A stretch of DNA of 58,706 bases, the filler included, from Sphacelaria rigidula (taxonomy: Eukaryota), in assembly GCA_964200075.2 (NCBI GenBank). It is 10 parts of 10 records of this genome, joined end to end, with 100 filler letters (N's around TTAATTAATTAA, not from the genome) between each part and the next. Parts side by side here need not be neighbours in the genome. Positions count along the whole stretch, not along the records: positions 1 to 5,781 come from CAXNAA020024508.1; positions 5,882 to 11,662 come from CAXNAA020024509.1; 8 more parts are not named here. One strand, written 5' to 3'. The notes beneath the pieces were generated by a model. It saw only the letters and a program-made list of their open reading frames with translations. It was not told the DNA's origin and made no database searches. Position 1 is the first letter of the stretch. Each line of letters starts with the position of its first letter. The position numbers were made by a program, and so were the translations under genes. Below, piece by piece: positions 1-11,285 of the stretch.

Positions 1-6
1 GGTAAG

Positions 7-867
7 GAGAGATCAAACACTTGTGAAGACCTTGTTGACATGCAGAGTGAAAAACGATACCTGTGGTGGTGACCTAAACTAATGCTAGCATCGTGCAGAG
101 GGGTGCGTCAGCTGCGATCTGGAGCTTTCGTTGATCTAATCTACCTCCCGTCTGCAGACGTCTGCCTGTACAGGTCACACTCGGTATTGATGTCACATGT
201 TATTATGTACCCAAATTCGGAACACCTTTGAAAACGAAAGGGTTTGTTTTTTCAAAGTACATCGACATGGTTGAAATGACTCTCCTTACCCGAGGGAAAG
301 TGTCCGCTTTGGGTCCGTTCAAGCGTTCGAAGATAGTGTCGAACAGCACTATGAATCTTTCCTGTCATTGACATTGGCAAATCACCAGTACAATACCATC
401 ACAAATCGACAATTCAACGTTCTTAATAGAAACCAACGGACATCAAAGTGTTTGCAGTTAGGAAGATTGGCATTTTCATAGAGGAGAAACTCTGTGTTCC
501 CCCGTGGCCGTTACATGCGGTCTCAAAAACTATGCTGTTTTTCTTTCAAACCTAGCGGGCGGGCGGGGAAATCGCAATCCCTCGGGTAAGGAGAGTCATT
601 TCAACCATGTCGATGTACTTTGAAAAAACGAACTCTTTCGTTTTCAAAGGTGTTCCGAGTTTGGGTACATAATAACATGAGATATCAATACCGAGTGTGA
701 CCTGTCCAGGCAGACGTCTGCAGACGGGAGGTAGATTAGGTCAACGAAAGCTCCAGATCGCAGCTGACGCACCCCTCTGCACGATGCCAGCAACAGTGAG
801 GTCACCACCATCGGTATCGTTTTTCACTCTGCATGTCAACAAGGTCTCCACAAGTGTTTGATCTCTC
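7..867. repeat. Long inverted repeat, arms 7-297 and 578-867, with a ~280-bp spacer
   Basis: 578-867 is the reverse complement of 7-297 with scattered substitutions, e.g. GAGAGATCAAACACTTGTG / CACAAGTGTTTGATCTCTC and CTCTCCTTACCCGAGGGA / TCCCTCGGGTAAGGAGAG. Confidence 0.95.
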
Positions 868-934
868 GTGCACTGCCCCCAACTCGCGTGTGGTCAAGCG
901 CTGGGTCGGGGTGGCGGACAATCGACGATGAATA

Positions 935-1029
935 TAATCGATTATAGTTACGCTTCAGGATCTGCCTGGATACGAGGGAAATTGATATTATGGAGATTGG
1001 ATCATGACATACAGGGGAAATACGAATAA
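935..1029 (+). repeat. ~95-bp direct repeat, second copy at 5621-5712
   Basis: Both copies share TAATCGATTA...CAGGATCTGCCTGGATACGAGGGAAAT...GGAGATTGGATCATGAC...CAGGGGAAATACGAATAA. Confidence 0.85.
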
Positions 1030-1486
1030 GAGATAATTATGTTATAAAGTATACCCGATGTAGTGGTTTTCGGTTAGGTGTGTTTTCGGTGTGTGTGTAT
1101 GTGTGTGAGTGGGCGTATATGGGTGAATTAATTACATAAACGATACCTGGTCTCAACTGGCCATGCCAGGCCTACAACTTCCCGCGACAATGTACCCGGT
1201 GCATGAGACTTTCTATCATACTAGCATGACCTAGGTCAGGGCTCATGTACGGGACGCTAGGGATTTACACGTCTTAGGCTTAGATCAGGCTACGCTTCGC
1301 TCAGTTGACCTCAAGGTTTTCTTAAAACGTATATAAAATATCTCGACGGTATTCAAAAGGAGATTTAAAACGGGTTCTTCAACCAGAAACGTCATCAAAA
1401 CGCGCATAGGCCGTAGACAAGAAGGAACACAACAACAACGGACAGCATCGCAGCACCACAAGAGCTAACTGGACAGTACGGTACCG

Positions 1487-1790
1487 AAGATCGGCAGCGG
1501 AAACACCCCCCGACACGCGCGTCACCAATACTCGCATCCAAACGTCAGTGACCAGCTACATCAAGGACAACAACATCACAGCTTCTCAGCTTTTATCCCG
1601 GAAAGGCGGAGGAGCCCCGAAGGCATGTATTCACCTTTATTCTGTATTTTTGAGCTAAGCGAAGCAGCAGTAAGAAGTACCCAAGATCGGCAGCGGTAGT
1701 ATCCCTCGACACGCGCGTCACCCACTCTAGTATCCGAACGCCAATGAACAAGCCACTTCCGGGACGATAACGTCATCAGCTTCCAAGCTC
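1487..1790 (+). repeat. Diverged direct repeat, period ~196 bp
   Basis: AAGATCGGCAGCGG...CGACACGCGCGTCACC...CAGCTTC occurs at ~1487 and ~1683. Confidence 0.7.
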
Positions 1791-2228
1791 CTACTTCAAC
1801 ACGAGCGGCAGTGCTCAAGAAGGCACGTTTTCCCTTTTAATTTTTCCTTCGATTTACCATTGAACTTTTTATAGAACCACCAGGATTGAAGAGTAGGATG
1901 ACTTCAAGAATGTTTTGTTATCGATAGATCGTCATTCTAATCTAGTTTGCGACTTGGTTTGTGTATTTTTATTGCTTTCTAGAGTGTGATATATCCTCGC
2001 TTCTGTTGAAGTGGGGGTGTTATACAACGCCTCACCAAGTGGAGATGAAGATTCATTTTGCAGGCTTACAATCGAAATTTTTTTTCCGTCGGCAATATAT
2101 TGCCCTTCCCTCTTATCCCCCTTTCATCCCCTGTTTGTTGGATCACTGTTATGCCCTGCCCATCTATGCAGTATCTTCCATACATGTATACCCCGAGGGT
2201 ATGGATGTGATTTCATAGTTCGTCGTGT

Positions 2229-2549
2229 AGGCGTGTTATATTCCGTCATCCACCGTCATTGCGTAGTTGACATGTCGGCCGGTTGATGTTTCGAATTCAT
2301 GCATCATCATTTTTTTTTGGATTGAGGACCAGTTTTTCAAAAAGTGTATAGTGTTGGTGTGCTCTTCCATTCAGGATCACGCCCTGATCGCTCTGTAATG
2401 AGACGGAGCGCGAGTGTGATTTTGGAGTGTTTTATGTGTGCCCTACTTTGATTCTCATCTGTTTGAGACTTTGGTTTTTCCCTTCTCCACTGCAGAATGA
2501 TATGATCCCCTTGACTGTAGAAGGGGGTGTTATATTCCGTCATCTACGG
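2229..2549 (-). mobile_element. Terminus of a Tc1/mariner-superfamily (Tc2/pogo-like) DNA transposon remnant
   Basis: The minus strand reads TA|CCGTAGATGACGGAATATAACACCCCC (TA at 2550-2551), with an internal copy at 2229-2250. A 21/21 match lies at 51219-51239 and a variant TA|CCGTCGACGGGGTATAACACCCCC at 12815-12840. TA|CCGTA termini are typical of Tc2-like TIRs; the partner end was not found. Confidence 0.5.
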
Positions 2550-5500
2550 TAGTTGAACTTCTATTTTTGACTCGAGATGACTTCCACGAGAGATGTTGCG
2601 TTATACAGGCATATTGCCTTGTGTGCACAGCTACTTGTGTTCCAAACTGCATGGATTTCAAGTCGTGACTTCAACTGACCGCGATGTAGAGTACAGGAGG
2701 GCAAAATTACATTGGCTGGTGGTATGAGATGCGGTTGTTTGTGTGTTGTTGGACATTGGACGCTGATCAAACACGTTGAGCGTGCGGACTGCAAACAGAA
2801 ACGGAATTGCGAAATGTTATGAATGATTTCACGTGGCATTTGCCAGATTGTTTGTTGAGCATGCTTATACTCTTTGTAGAGGGTAACGGTAATATGAGGG
2901 CGCACCAGCCGGAGTCTGACAGGGGGAGGGTCAACACAGAATTTGTTTTCGTCCCCTGTTTTTACTTGCGTGTATATATTTTTTTTGCGAGGGAAGTTGA
3001 GCGCACTCCCTTTCCCTGCTGGGGGTTCGCACGTCGTCGACCGTCGGGGCAGAGTTTGTGTACCCACGGCATGATACTGTGAAATGTTTTTCACAAAATT
3101 CAATTTCTTTGTTGCGTTGCTAGGAAAGACGCATGGGTTTGTAGGGGAGGAATTTCATCTTTGATATGATGGATGTACAATGTATTCGAATACTTTTCGC
3201 ATTTTTGCATGAAATACAACGGATGACTTATTTCTGCGACTATTTTCTATCGCTACGCGTGACCTCCCCCCCGTGATGCGAGCCAATCTTTATGGCAAGG
3301 CAACTGCTTTCGAACCCAGGCGGATGTGCACACAAATGACGAAGCCCGGACCGCGACACCGCAAGAGCCAAACCGAAAACAGCGACCGCGGCCTGGGCGA
3401 CGACAATACAACCGCTTGGGGGGCTTAGCAGGAGGCAGGAACCAGACACGCTTTGGCATTTAGGTTTTTTTCATTTGATTTCTTTGGGAGTTTGCATTCG
3501 ATTCGGAATCTTTTCGTCTCGTTATTCGCAGCAACGTGACATGTCAACCATGTGTACCGTCCCGTGGTTGCATTTTTTTGTTTGATTGTTCTAGTTTTCG
3601 TTCCCTACGCCCGACGAAGTACTACCGTAGTTTGGTTATGATTTTTTAAAACTTGATCCTCCACAAGATTGCGATGATTTTTTTAATTATCGAGAAACAA
3701 AATAATGGGGGGGGAATTGACTATTTGCTTCCATGATTCTCTTTCCGGGTAGTTAAAAACGAAGAAAACTCATGTGATGGGGTTATCCACAGCGGAGTAT
3801 TTTGGGAGAAACATCATGTGATGGGATGATCCACGGCGGGGTATTTAGGATAATTTGATTAATCGGTTATGGATTTCGAAAAGGGAATTTGATATTTTGC
3901 GATCCGCGCGAAAACGTTTGTGGCAAAGTGATTCATCGGCTCTGCATTTCGGGTTGGATATTTTTAATTACGGAAAGAACATGGCGTGGATTCAACCTCG
4001 AGTATACTTCCGAGAGTGGAACGGTTTTTAGTCTTGGGTGTCACCAAACAATTGACTATCCACCCGCCGTTCAACACGCGGGACTGACTATGCACCAGGA
4101 TAACTCACGATAATTGACTCTGGGATCATCGATGTTATGTTTTCATGTACTACCTGGAAGCAATACTCCCTGCAAATCAATATGTAATATTGAATCGGGG
4201 GGGGGGGCGTTTTACTACGGAGTAATTTATATTATGTTCTCTCCAGGGTGTGGCGTTTATTTTATGAGTAATATCCGTCCTGATATTTGGGTGAGTGTAT
4301 GCTGTTCATGCAGAGTAACTTCTTATCCGACTTCTTTGCATGCACTTGGACTGTGGTGTACAGGGATTGATTTCTGTGAAAGAGAAAATATTTCAAGAGT
4401 GGGACGATGAGTTTGACGATTTGGGGAATTTATCGGGCCGGATAACGAGCGAAATTTGCATCAAAGATCAGTAATTCGAAATGAAGTGGACTGATCAACC
4501 GCTAATTTTGGTGACAATATTTTGAGTGCTTACAGAGTTTGGTTTTATGTTCCGAGTTTCTCCCTGATAGGATATAAGCAGTACAAGTCGTTGTGAAATG
4601 CACGAGTGTACTGGTACATTTATTTTCTCTGGGTATTCTAGGGTTTATGAAGTAAACGAGGTTCGAAGGGAATTTTTTCGTGTTGTGACATTAAAAGTAT
4701 CCAAGCTTGCAAGTTTTCACTGATGTGGGTTATATCAACTATTCTAGGCAGTTGAAAGATGGTCGACATCAGGAAGGCCAATGTTGTTTTTCTAGGATAC
4801 AGAGTGGTACAAACACGAGCAGATCTTGTGTTCTTATGTTGGCACAGATGGGAAACCTATATATTTTTGTATTCGAGCATACCTCTAGTTTGAGCGATTT
4901 GAACTTGAATTGATTCGATTTGAATTTGAATTTCGTTCTCAAACTTGAGGGGAAGTGGTACACACACCACTACTGCAAGTTTTCATTTTGCAGTGTTTAT
5001 TTTACATACTATTTCGAGGAGTCATGATATTGTTCAGTGGAATGATATCTCGGTCTCTGGACATGTTGAATGTGGACACTTGCCTGATGTAGACCGTGTT
5101 GTAGACAGTATGTGATAATCGAATTTCACATAGACAACAACATCTTGTTACCATGAGAATAGCGCGTTTTTGACATATTCGAGTATTGGAAGGTTGAGTG
5201 TGTTTTTTCGAATGTCATCATGGAAACTGAGGAGTAAGAAAAGAGTATCCACTGTGCATTCATGTGTGATTTTTGGTTGTTCCAAGGAAGAGTCAGGAAC
5301 TGGTAATGATTGAGATTGATACACATATATCTATTTGTTTTGTGCTAACTGACGCAAACAATTGTTGAAATGGAGCATGCGTACGTTACGAAGAACTGAT
5401 ACTATTCATCAGGATATGAGCTTTCGATTGCTAAAGTAGACGAGTTTGCGACGTCTGTGCGTGGCTGAAAAGGTTTTTTCCTGACGGGATCGGGTTTATT

Positions 5501-5781
5501 TCTTCAGTTCTTGGTAACATCGTGTTGGGTATATGTCCTGATGAAATATTTTTGCGTTTTAGAATGAGGCACTATGTATTCAGGATAAACTATCAGTCCT
5601 AGAGCCGTAAGCAGGCAGGCTAATCGATTATCCTTACGCTCCAGGATCTGCCTGGATACGAGGGAAATAGATATGGAGATTGGATCATGACGTGCAGGGG
5701 AAATACGAATAAACAACCGATCCTAATTTCTGGGGTTGAAACATAAAATGAGGTTGAAGTCCCATCCCTCCATTGCAGGGA

Positions 5782-5881
5782 NNNNNNNNNNNNNNNNNNN
5801 NNNNNNNNNNNNNNNNNNNNNNNNNTTAATTAATTAANNNNNNNNNNNNNNNNNNNNNNNNNNNNNNNNNNNNNNNNNNNN
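5782..5881. other. Artificial scaffold spacer (N44-TTAATTAATTAA-N44); same spacer at 11663-11762, 17544-17643, 23425-23524, 29306-29405, 35187-35286, 41067-41166, 46947-47046, 52827-52926
   Basis: The same 100-bp N-padded linker, with stops in all six frames, recurs every 5881/5880 bp. Intervening segments are 5781 then 5780 bp, i.e. size-sorted. Confidence 0.98.
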
Positions 5882-6146
5882 GCCACTCACCGGATGAAAC
5901 GAGGAGATTCCACTTGCTCAGATGCTCGCACACGTAGTGAAGTTGGCTCTCCTCACTCCTCGTGGTCCTTTGTCGGCTGTAACTACTGTGCTGGCGGCTG
6001 CAGTGGGTAACACCCATCGGCCGAACTGTTGCCCATGCCCCGTACAATTTGTCATGCTCTGGCTCCAAAAACGTGTGTACGTCTAGTCACAGCTTTGATA
6101 TTTTTACTTTTTTTCATCGAAGTATTTGTATAGCAGAAACAAGTAC

Positions 6147-6566
6147 TCACCCTATGCTAGAGTCATACCCTTTGCTCTGCGATGCATAAGATGCATGCTT
6201 GCGCAGCGCACAGAGCAATTTATCGTGCCCAACATTATTCACACCATCCAAAAATGCGTCACATAGACAGTCCTCGATATGTACGGGCATAAGGTCAGAG
6301 ACCTCTGGCTCCTCAACAACGTGCCAGCGTTCTTGACGCACGTTCGTTGCGTGCACCTCACGAAGGTAGTTTTCATACTTCCGCAGAAACTGAGCAGATT
6401 TTTCACTTGAGAACTTGCGACCGTAGTAGAGCATATCCAGAAATTGTACACGGACAGCGCGACCATCGATGACAACATATTGTTGCGGTGCACGAACAAC
6501 ATAGCCGTCCACCGCGACATACTCCTGCACCTCGTACATTTCGGTCAGCAGTACAGCACTCCACAC
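6147..6566 (-). pseudogene. Gag-like N-terminal domain ORF of an LTR retrotransposon family (truncated)
   Basis: YYGRKFSSEKSAQFLRKYE...VSDLMP.HI..CLCD.FL...LL.AL.KHAS is clearly homologous to 35413-35810. It is more distantly similar to the N-terminus of the zinc-knuckle Gag at 8509-9270. Confidence 0.6.
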
Positions 6567-7044
6567 CGCCCTTTTTGAAAAACAAAGTCGCCTCCCACTT
6601 ACAGGAACAACAACTCTCTCCTTACACAGAGACGCGCTGTACCACCTTACAACGACGACGACACACGCCTCTTCCTCACGCGGCTCTCACCACGTCTTGA
6701 AGTCATTAGACTCCTCTTTCTGACCGTACCTGGCCAAGCGTGGACCAGGCAACCCTCGCCTACTCCACCAGGTAGTAATTGCGCCGCTTTTCTGGAACGC
6801 TCACGGGCTCGCCAGCTGTCGATCAACCCCCCGCACCTCACGNNNNNNNNNNTAGCACTGCCTCAGAACCTCCTCGGCTCTACTTCTCCAACTCCTCGCG
6901 ATGCTAACACGCCTTGAGCTGGTTTTGTTTGCTGCAAACTGATCAGGCCTACAGACTTCCCTACCTTGATGTGTCAGCTGCTTTTCAACGGACCTACCGC
7001 CCTTCAGCGGCGCCCTTCAGCGGAATCAATGAACGTTCATTATA

Positions 7045-7295
7045 GACGTCTGTCACTCAAGATCAGATCGACATGTGGACTCCTTCCCTCACGGGCACAT
7101 GAACTTCAGCAGCTTTAGTTTTTCATGTATTAACCCTTAGTATAGTGCAGGAGAACAGGACCATAGCCTCTCTCCACCAGAGTGGCAAAATCAAGCCTCA
7201 CGTCATGGGATTCACCCATCACAGAGTCCGGCAATCAGACCCGCAACTCCACCTACCCAATGTCCCTAACCTTAGGTAACAATGATGGCTAGAGT
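7045..7295 (-). repeat. ~230-bp dispersed repeat associated with LTR elements; other copies at 37905-38140 (+) and 40846-41066 (+)
   Basis: All three share TCTGATTGCCGGACTCTGTGATGGGTGA...CCACTCTGGTGGAGAGAGGCTATGGTCCTGTTCT...AAGCTGCTGAAGT.CATGTG. Confidence 0.9.
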
Positions 7296-7319
7296 TTACA
7301 GCCTGCAGCCTGCCCTCCG

Positions 7320-7632
7320 TCCACGATACAGCCCTCTTCGGAAACGCCATATGTGGACGGGACCACCCCGCCTGCAACTTCCGTAACACCAACCCGAGCG
7401 CCAAACGAGCCGCCATGCACAATGCCAACCAACTCAACTTCACTGGATCGTACAGTCGCGGCTTTTTCTTCGCCGCGAACGCCCCAGGTTTCAGCTGAAT
7501 ACGCATGGGCTCCACGCGCGCAAGGTGATCACTCCACAGCGGACGACGAAACGCGTTGACGCAGTAATGCAAAATGCCGAACAGGCGCTCCGCTTTTGAG
7601 ACGCTGAGGCCTGTCGCCTCAGCATCCGTCAC
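7320..7632 (-). pseudogene. N-terminal fragment of Gypsy reverse transcriptase
   Basis: VEPMRIQLKPGA...PRLYDP...GLV...AGWSRPHMAFPK matches the pre-RT pattern also seen at 24330-24520 (VTLQPG...PYR...GLI...SPWASPLVVVPKK). It is cut off before the catalytic core. Confidence 0.75.
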
Positions 7633-7755
7633 GCTGTTCCCCAGCGTGACCTTCCGAGCGGACTCCTATTCCGCCGAAATCATTATCATCTCCGGGCCGC
7701 GCTCTACCGAGCGTTCCACCGCCGCATCCCGCTCCTCGATCACTTGCCCTCTAGC

Positions 7756-8518
7756 CTACTGAAAAGTATTCACCGACAAGCTCACGCGACGACTGCCCGA
7801 ACCGGCGGGCGTCTCCAAGCGTGAACCACGTGGAGACATCCGCGTCTTCATGGAGTTCCACAGCCGCCGAGCGTTGACTCCAATATCCTGAAACGTCAGC
7901 AACCCCAGAAGAATAACGCCACCCGACCCCGGCATGATCACAAACAAGGTCAGAGGCAACTGCGCCGGCCCCCAGGAAGTCGTGAAAGTTGGCTGGAGCG
8001 GAACAGTACGCTCTGTGACGTAAACATGCTGACTCGACGCGGTGACGGCCTGCCGCGCCCCGCGCGAAAACGGAATGCTCAGCAGCACACCCGGGAGTTG
8101 ACGCTCCAACATCTCTACAATCTGTACCGACAGGCTCACATGACCCGTCCGGTGGGCGCCAGAATCCCACTTAGCCGGAACCGCGCTGCGCCGGCCCCCA
8201 GGAAGTCGTGAAAGTCGGCTGGAGCGGAACAGTACGCTCTGTGACGTAAACATGCTGGCTCGACGCGGTGACGGCCTGCCGCGCCCCGCGCGAAAACGGA
8301 ATGCTCAGCGGCACATCCGGGAGTTGACGCTCCAACATCTCTACAATCTGTACCGACAGGCTCACATGACCCGTCCGGTGGGCGCCAGAATCCCACTTAG
8401 CCGGAACCGCGATGACTCCACGCTCCCGTTGATTTGGAAGGCACAGCTCCGCAGGAACGTACCTGTCCGCTAACTCCACTGGCAATATATTGGCCGACCG
8501 ATGCGCCGCTAATCCCAC
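7756..8518 (-). pseudogene. Retroviral-type aspartic protease region, internally duplicated
   Basis: AKWDSGA active-site-like motif present twice, with a downstream VILLGL motif. Confidence 0.7.
7960..8411. repeat. 226-bp near-identical tandem duplication (7960-8185 / 8186-8411)
   Basis: GCGCCGGCCCCCAGGAAGTCGTGAAAGT at 7962 and 8188; the two units differ by only a few substitutions. Confidence 0.95.
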
Positions 8519-9270
8519 TCGACGTCACGGCTACGCCACGGCTGCGCTAGCTGCGCAGGCGAAGACGCCCCGGCAGCTTCAAACGGCACCGTCGGCGGGT
8601 ATGACCCCCAGCCAACAGACCAAGAATTTGGCGAACCTCCGGCCAGCGAGTCAGCAGGCGTCGCGACTGGCGCTGCTGCCGGTGTCGCCGCCAGCGCCAC
8701 CGCCGGCGCCGGCGCAGTGTTCGACACCGTATAAGTCGGTCCCACCTGCACCGTTCGTTGTGGAGCAGCAGCATCTACGGCGGCGTCGGATCCATAGCCA
8801 GGCCCATGCTGACGCCGCTGCCCCTGCTGTTGCTGCCGAGGACTCGACTGTGACCCTCCACTGCCGAAGGATCCGCCGCCGCCACCACGATTACCTCGTC
8901 TTTTGCCCTTGTGCTGACGATGCTGATGGCGCGCGGCATGAGACTGCCCAGACTCTTCACCGGAAGACGTTGGGCAATCGCGCATGTAATGGCCGACCTG
9001 GTCACAACAGCGGCAAGTGCCCGCCGCATGCCCGGCATGCTTTCTGATCACCGCAACCAATTGCGGCGGGGTGATTGAGATCTTCTTATGCTCCAAACGA
9101 GCAAGCATTCTCTGCACATAAGTTGGCACTTGTTGAGTCATTGGCACGACCTGGTGCCGCACAGCACCCCCTGCGTTAGCGTACTTCACACGCTTCTTGT
9201 GCTTGAAGTACTTCGTAATAAAAGTGCGAGATGCTCTCTCTGAGTATACCTATCCCCGTATTGGGGAGGT
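8509..9270 (-). pseudogene. gag: Gag with CX2CX4HX4C zinc knuckle
   Basis: CRCCDQVGHYMRDC knuckle followed by a Gly/Gln/Ala-rich tail. The upstream PPQYGDRYTQR segment joins through a GA-repeat frameshift near 9235. Confidence 0.8.
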
Positions 9271-10918
9271 CGCAATCCTTCCCGCATAACCACGGGCGTC
9301 ACGCTGGTCCTAGCACACGAACCGGTTGCCATACGCGTAGCTGCAACCGGCTGCCTGCGAACTTTCACAGGCCAGCGGACTTTCGCGAATTGCACGTTTC
9401 TTTGCCTTGTCGCCGCACCACACAGTCGTAAGAGCCTCCAATCTCCCGCTGCACGCAGCTTCAGCAAGTCTCCAGTCTGGATCAATCACAGGCCAGCCGC
9501 ATTTCTGCAGCCACCACCAGCTTGAACCCCCGTCACGCGTCCGTGATGTCAGGTTGTTGTCCCTAGCTGCCAGGTTTACTCCGCCGAAATCCTTTTCAGC
9601 AGGTCTCTAGCACTAACACTAGCACTAGCACTAGCACTAATATCGATATTGTGACGCCAGCCAGTGGAAGCACTGTTGGATCACTGCTGTTGAGGGACTC
9701 CCCAGTCTTACTGACCTTGGTCTCAGTTGTCAGCCTTTACAACATTTTAATATTCAAAAGTGCCCTTCCAGGGCACCAGCTAGACCTGCAGATACCATAT
9801 CCGTGTCCCCGGTCATTATCCAGAACCCTCCACAGTCTCCGTGCCCTCAGTCATTCTCTATTTCATCACTACCAACTCGACGTAATGGTGTATTTTCGTC
9901 ACAGACAATCAAATCAAACCAATCAAAATACCATCGTGATCATTATTGTCGACTGCAGCCACTGTCGACCAGAATGATCACGCTTCGGAAACCTACCGCA
10001 TGACCCGGACTCCCCATGTGTGTATGTTGGAAAAAGGATTATATGTTGGGCATTGCAAAGCAACTACAGTTCGACTACCCTTCGGGAGTGACGCCGCGGT
10101 AGCCCCCCCTACAAAAGTGTAATGGGGACCGAGGTGAAATCTAGATGCGAGGTGTTCAGACCTACATGCTTTCTTAACCTTTTCGGAACTCGCGAGAAAC
10201 AGTAGAAAATCTCATATGTGAGCTTTCGTCACGGGGGAAAATTTACTTCGAGTTCGGTGCACGAATCTGTCACATGAGTATACTTGACCTTAGAGTGGTG
10301 ACCGTTTTGATGGGCTGCATCATCACTAGTTGCAGGAAAACAACCACATCTTGCCCGAAGAAAACGTCAATTGCAAATCATCATTTTACCATCAACGGTT
10401 CCACAAGGAGGTTAAACCGGCTACATCTGCCTTCTTTCAAAATATGTCCGATTCTTCAAGAAGACCTGGTTTCTGTCATCAGTTCAGTGCATTTTTCCAT
10501 GAGAAGATCTACGAACCGGATTCTGAAACCATTCATCATACATACTGTTTTTTTTAATGTGCCATAGGATCATTTTTTCTCGACAGTATTTTTTCCCTTT
10601 TTTGGGGTGCTCACGATCTTGTACGCATGCTGCATGTCGTAGTCGTATGGCCATTGACCTCTCCTTTTTTCCCTTCGGGGGGGGGCGGGGGGGGGCGGCG
10701 GGGAGCAGGCTATCGCGGTGTCACTCTCGGGTATAGTCTTATAATGTATAAGTACTACCCGTTATTATTGGTATTGTAACACGACAACGTCATCTGCATG
10801 GCTACATCAAACAACGACAGAAAGAAGCGGGTGCGCTAGGCGTGCACATTTTCGATAGATCAAAAATGAGATAGACTTTGTTATATGTGTGTGCACGTAG
10901 TCGCAACGGAACAATTAA

Positions 10919-11037
10919 CCCTTTGGGAACCCGTTGACGATTTTTTTTGGTTGTGAATCGGCATAATTTTGACTTGAAAACTACTGAGAATGATGTAGAT
11001 TCACAAAAACAAAAATCTTTAATGGGTTCCAAAAGGG
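10919..11037. mobile_element. 119-bp piggyBac-like MITE
   Basis: TTAA|CCCTTTGGGAACCC ... GGGTTCCAAAAGGG|TTAA: 14-bp TIR with 1 mismatch and a TTAA TSD on both sides. The same terminus occurs at 52670-52687, and a variant at 10174-10189. Confidence 0.8.
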
Positions 11038-11106
11038 TTAATAATAATATTGACAGCTTCCCGACCGCGATAAACAATGCCTCCGTGAGAGTGAGAGTAG
11101 AGCGTT

Positions 11107-11285
11107 GATTGAGAGTGGGCTTTTATCATTCGCTTTAAATTGACCGATTTCTCATTATGTGTGTGCTTTTCTTTGCTTGTAAGACTGGCGTGTGCTTGAT
11201 CCACACGTCGGTATCGTACTCAGGGATATCAAGGGCTTCAGTGTGGCAAGCTACTACGGAAAGCGTATCGGGCGCACTTGTTACG
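11107..11285 (-). repeat. Copy of a ~250-bp dispersed repeat with GATTGAGAGTG inverted ends
   Basis: The reverse complement aligns with 18369-18602 and 49389-49636. Confidence 0.75.

Larger units (their letters stand above)
7310..9400 (-). mobile_element. Degenerate Ty3/Gypsy LTR retrotransposon internal region (gag-protease-RT start), 3'-truncated
   Basis: Minus-strand order is CCHC knuckle, then DSG protease, then pre-RT segment, broken by frameshifts and stops. Confidence 0.85.

Noticed and set aside
5826..5837. Periodic TTAATTAATTAA palindrome as a biological repeat or array
   Set aside because: It is always centred in N padding, so it is an assembly linker. ORFs containing X runs are artefacts.
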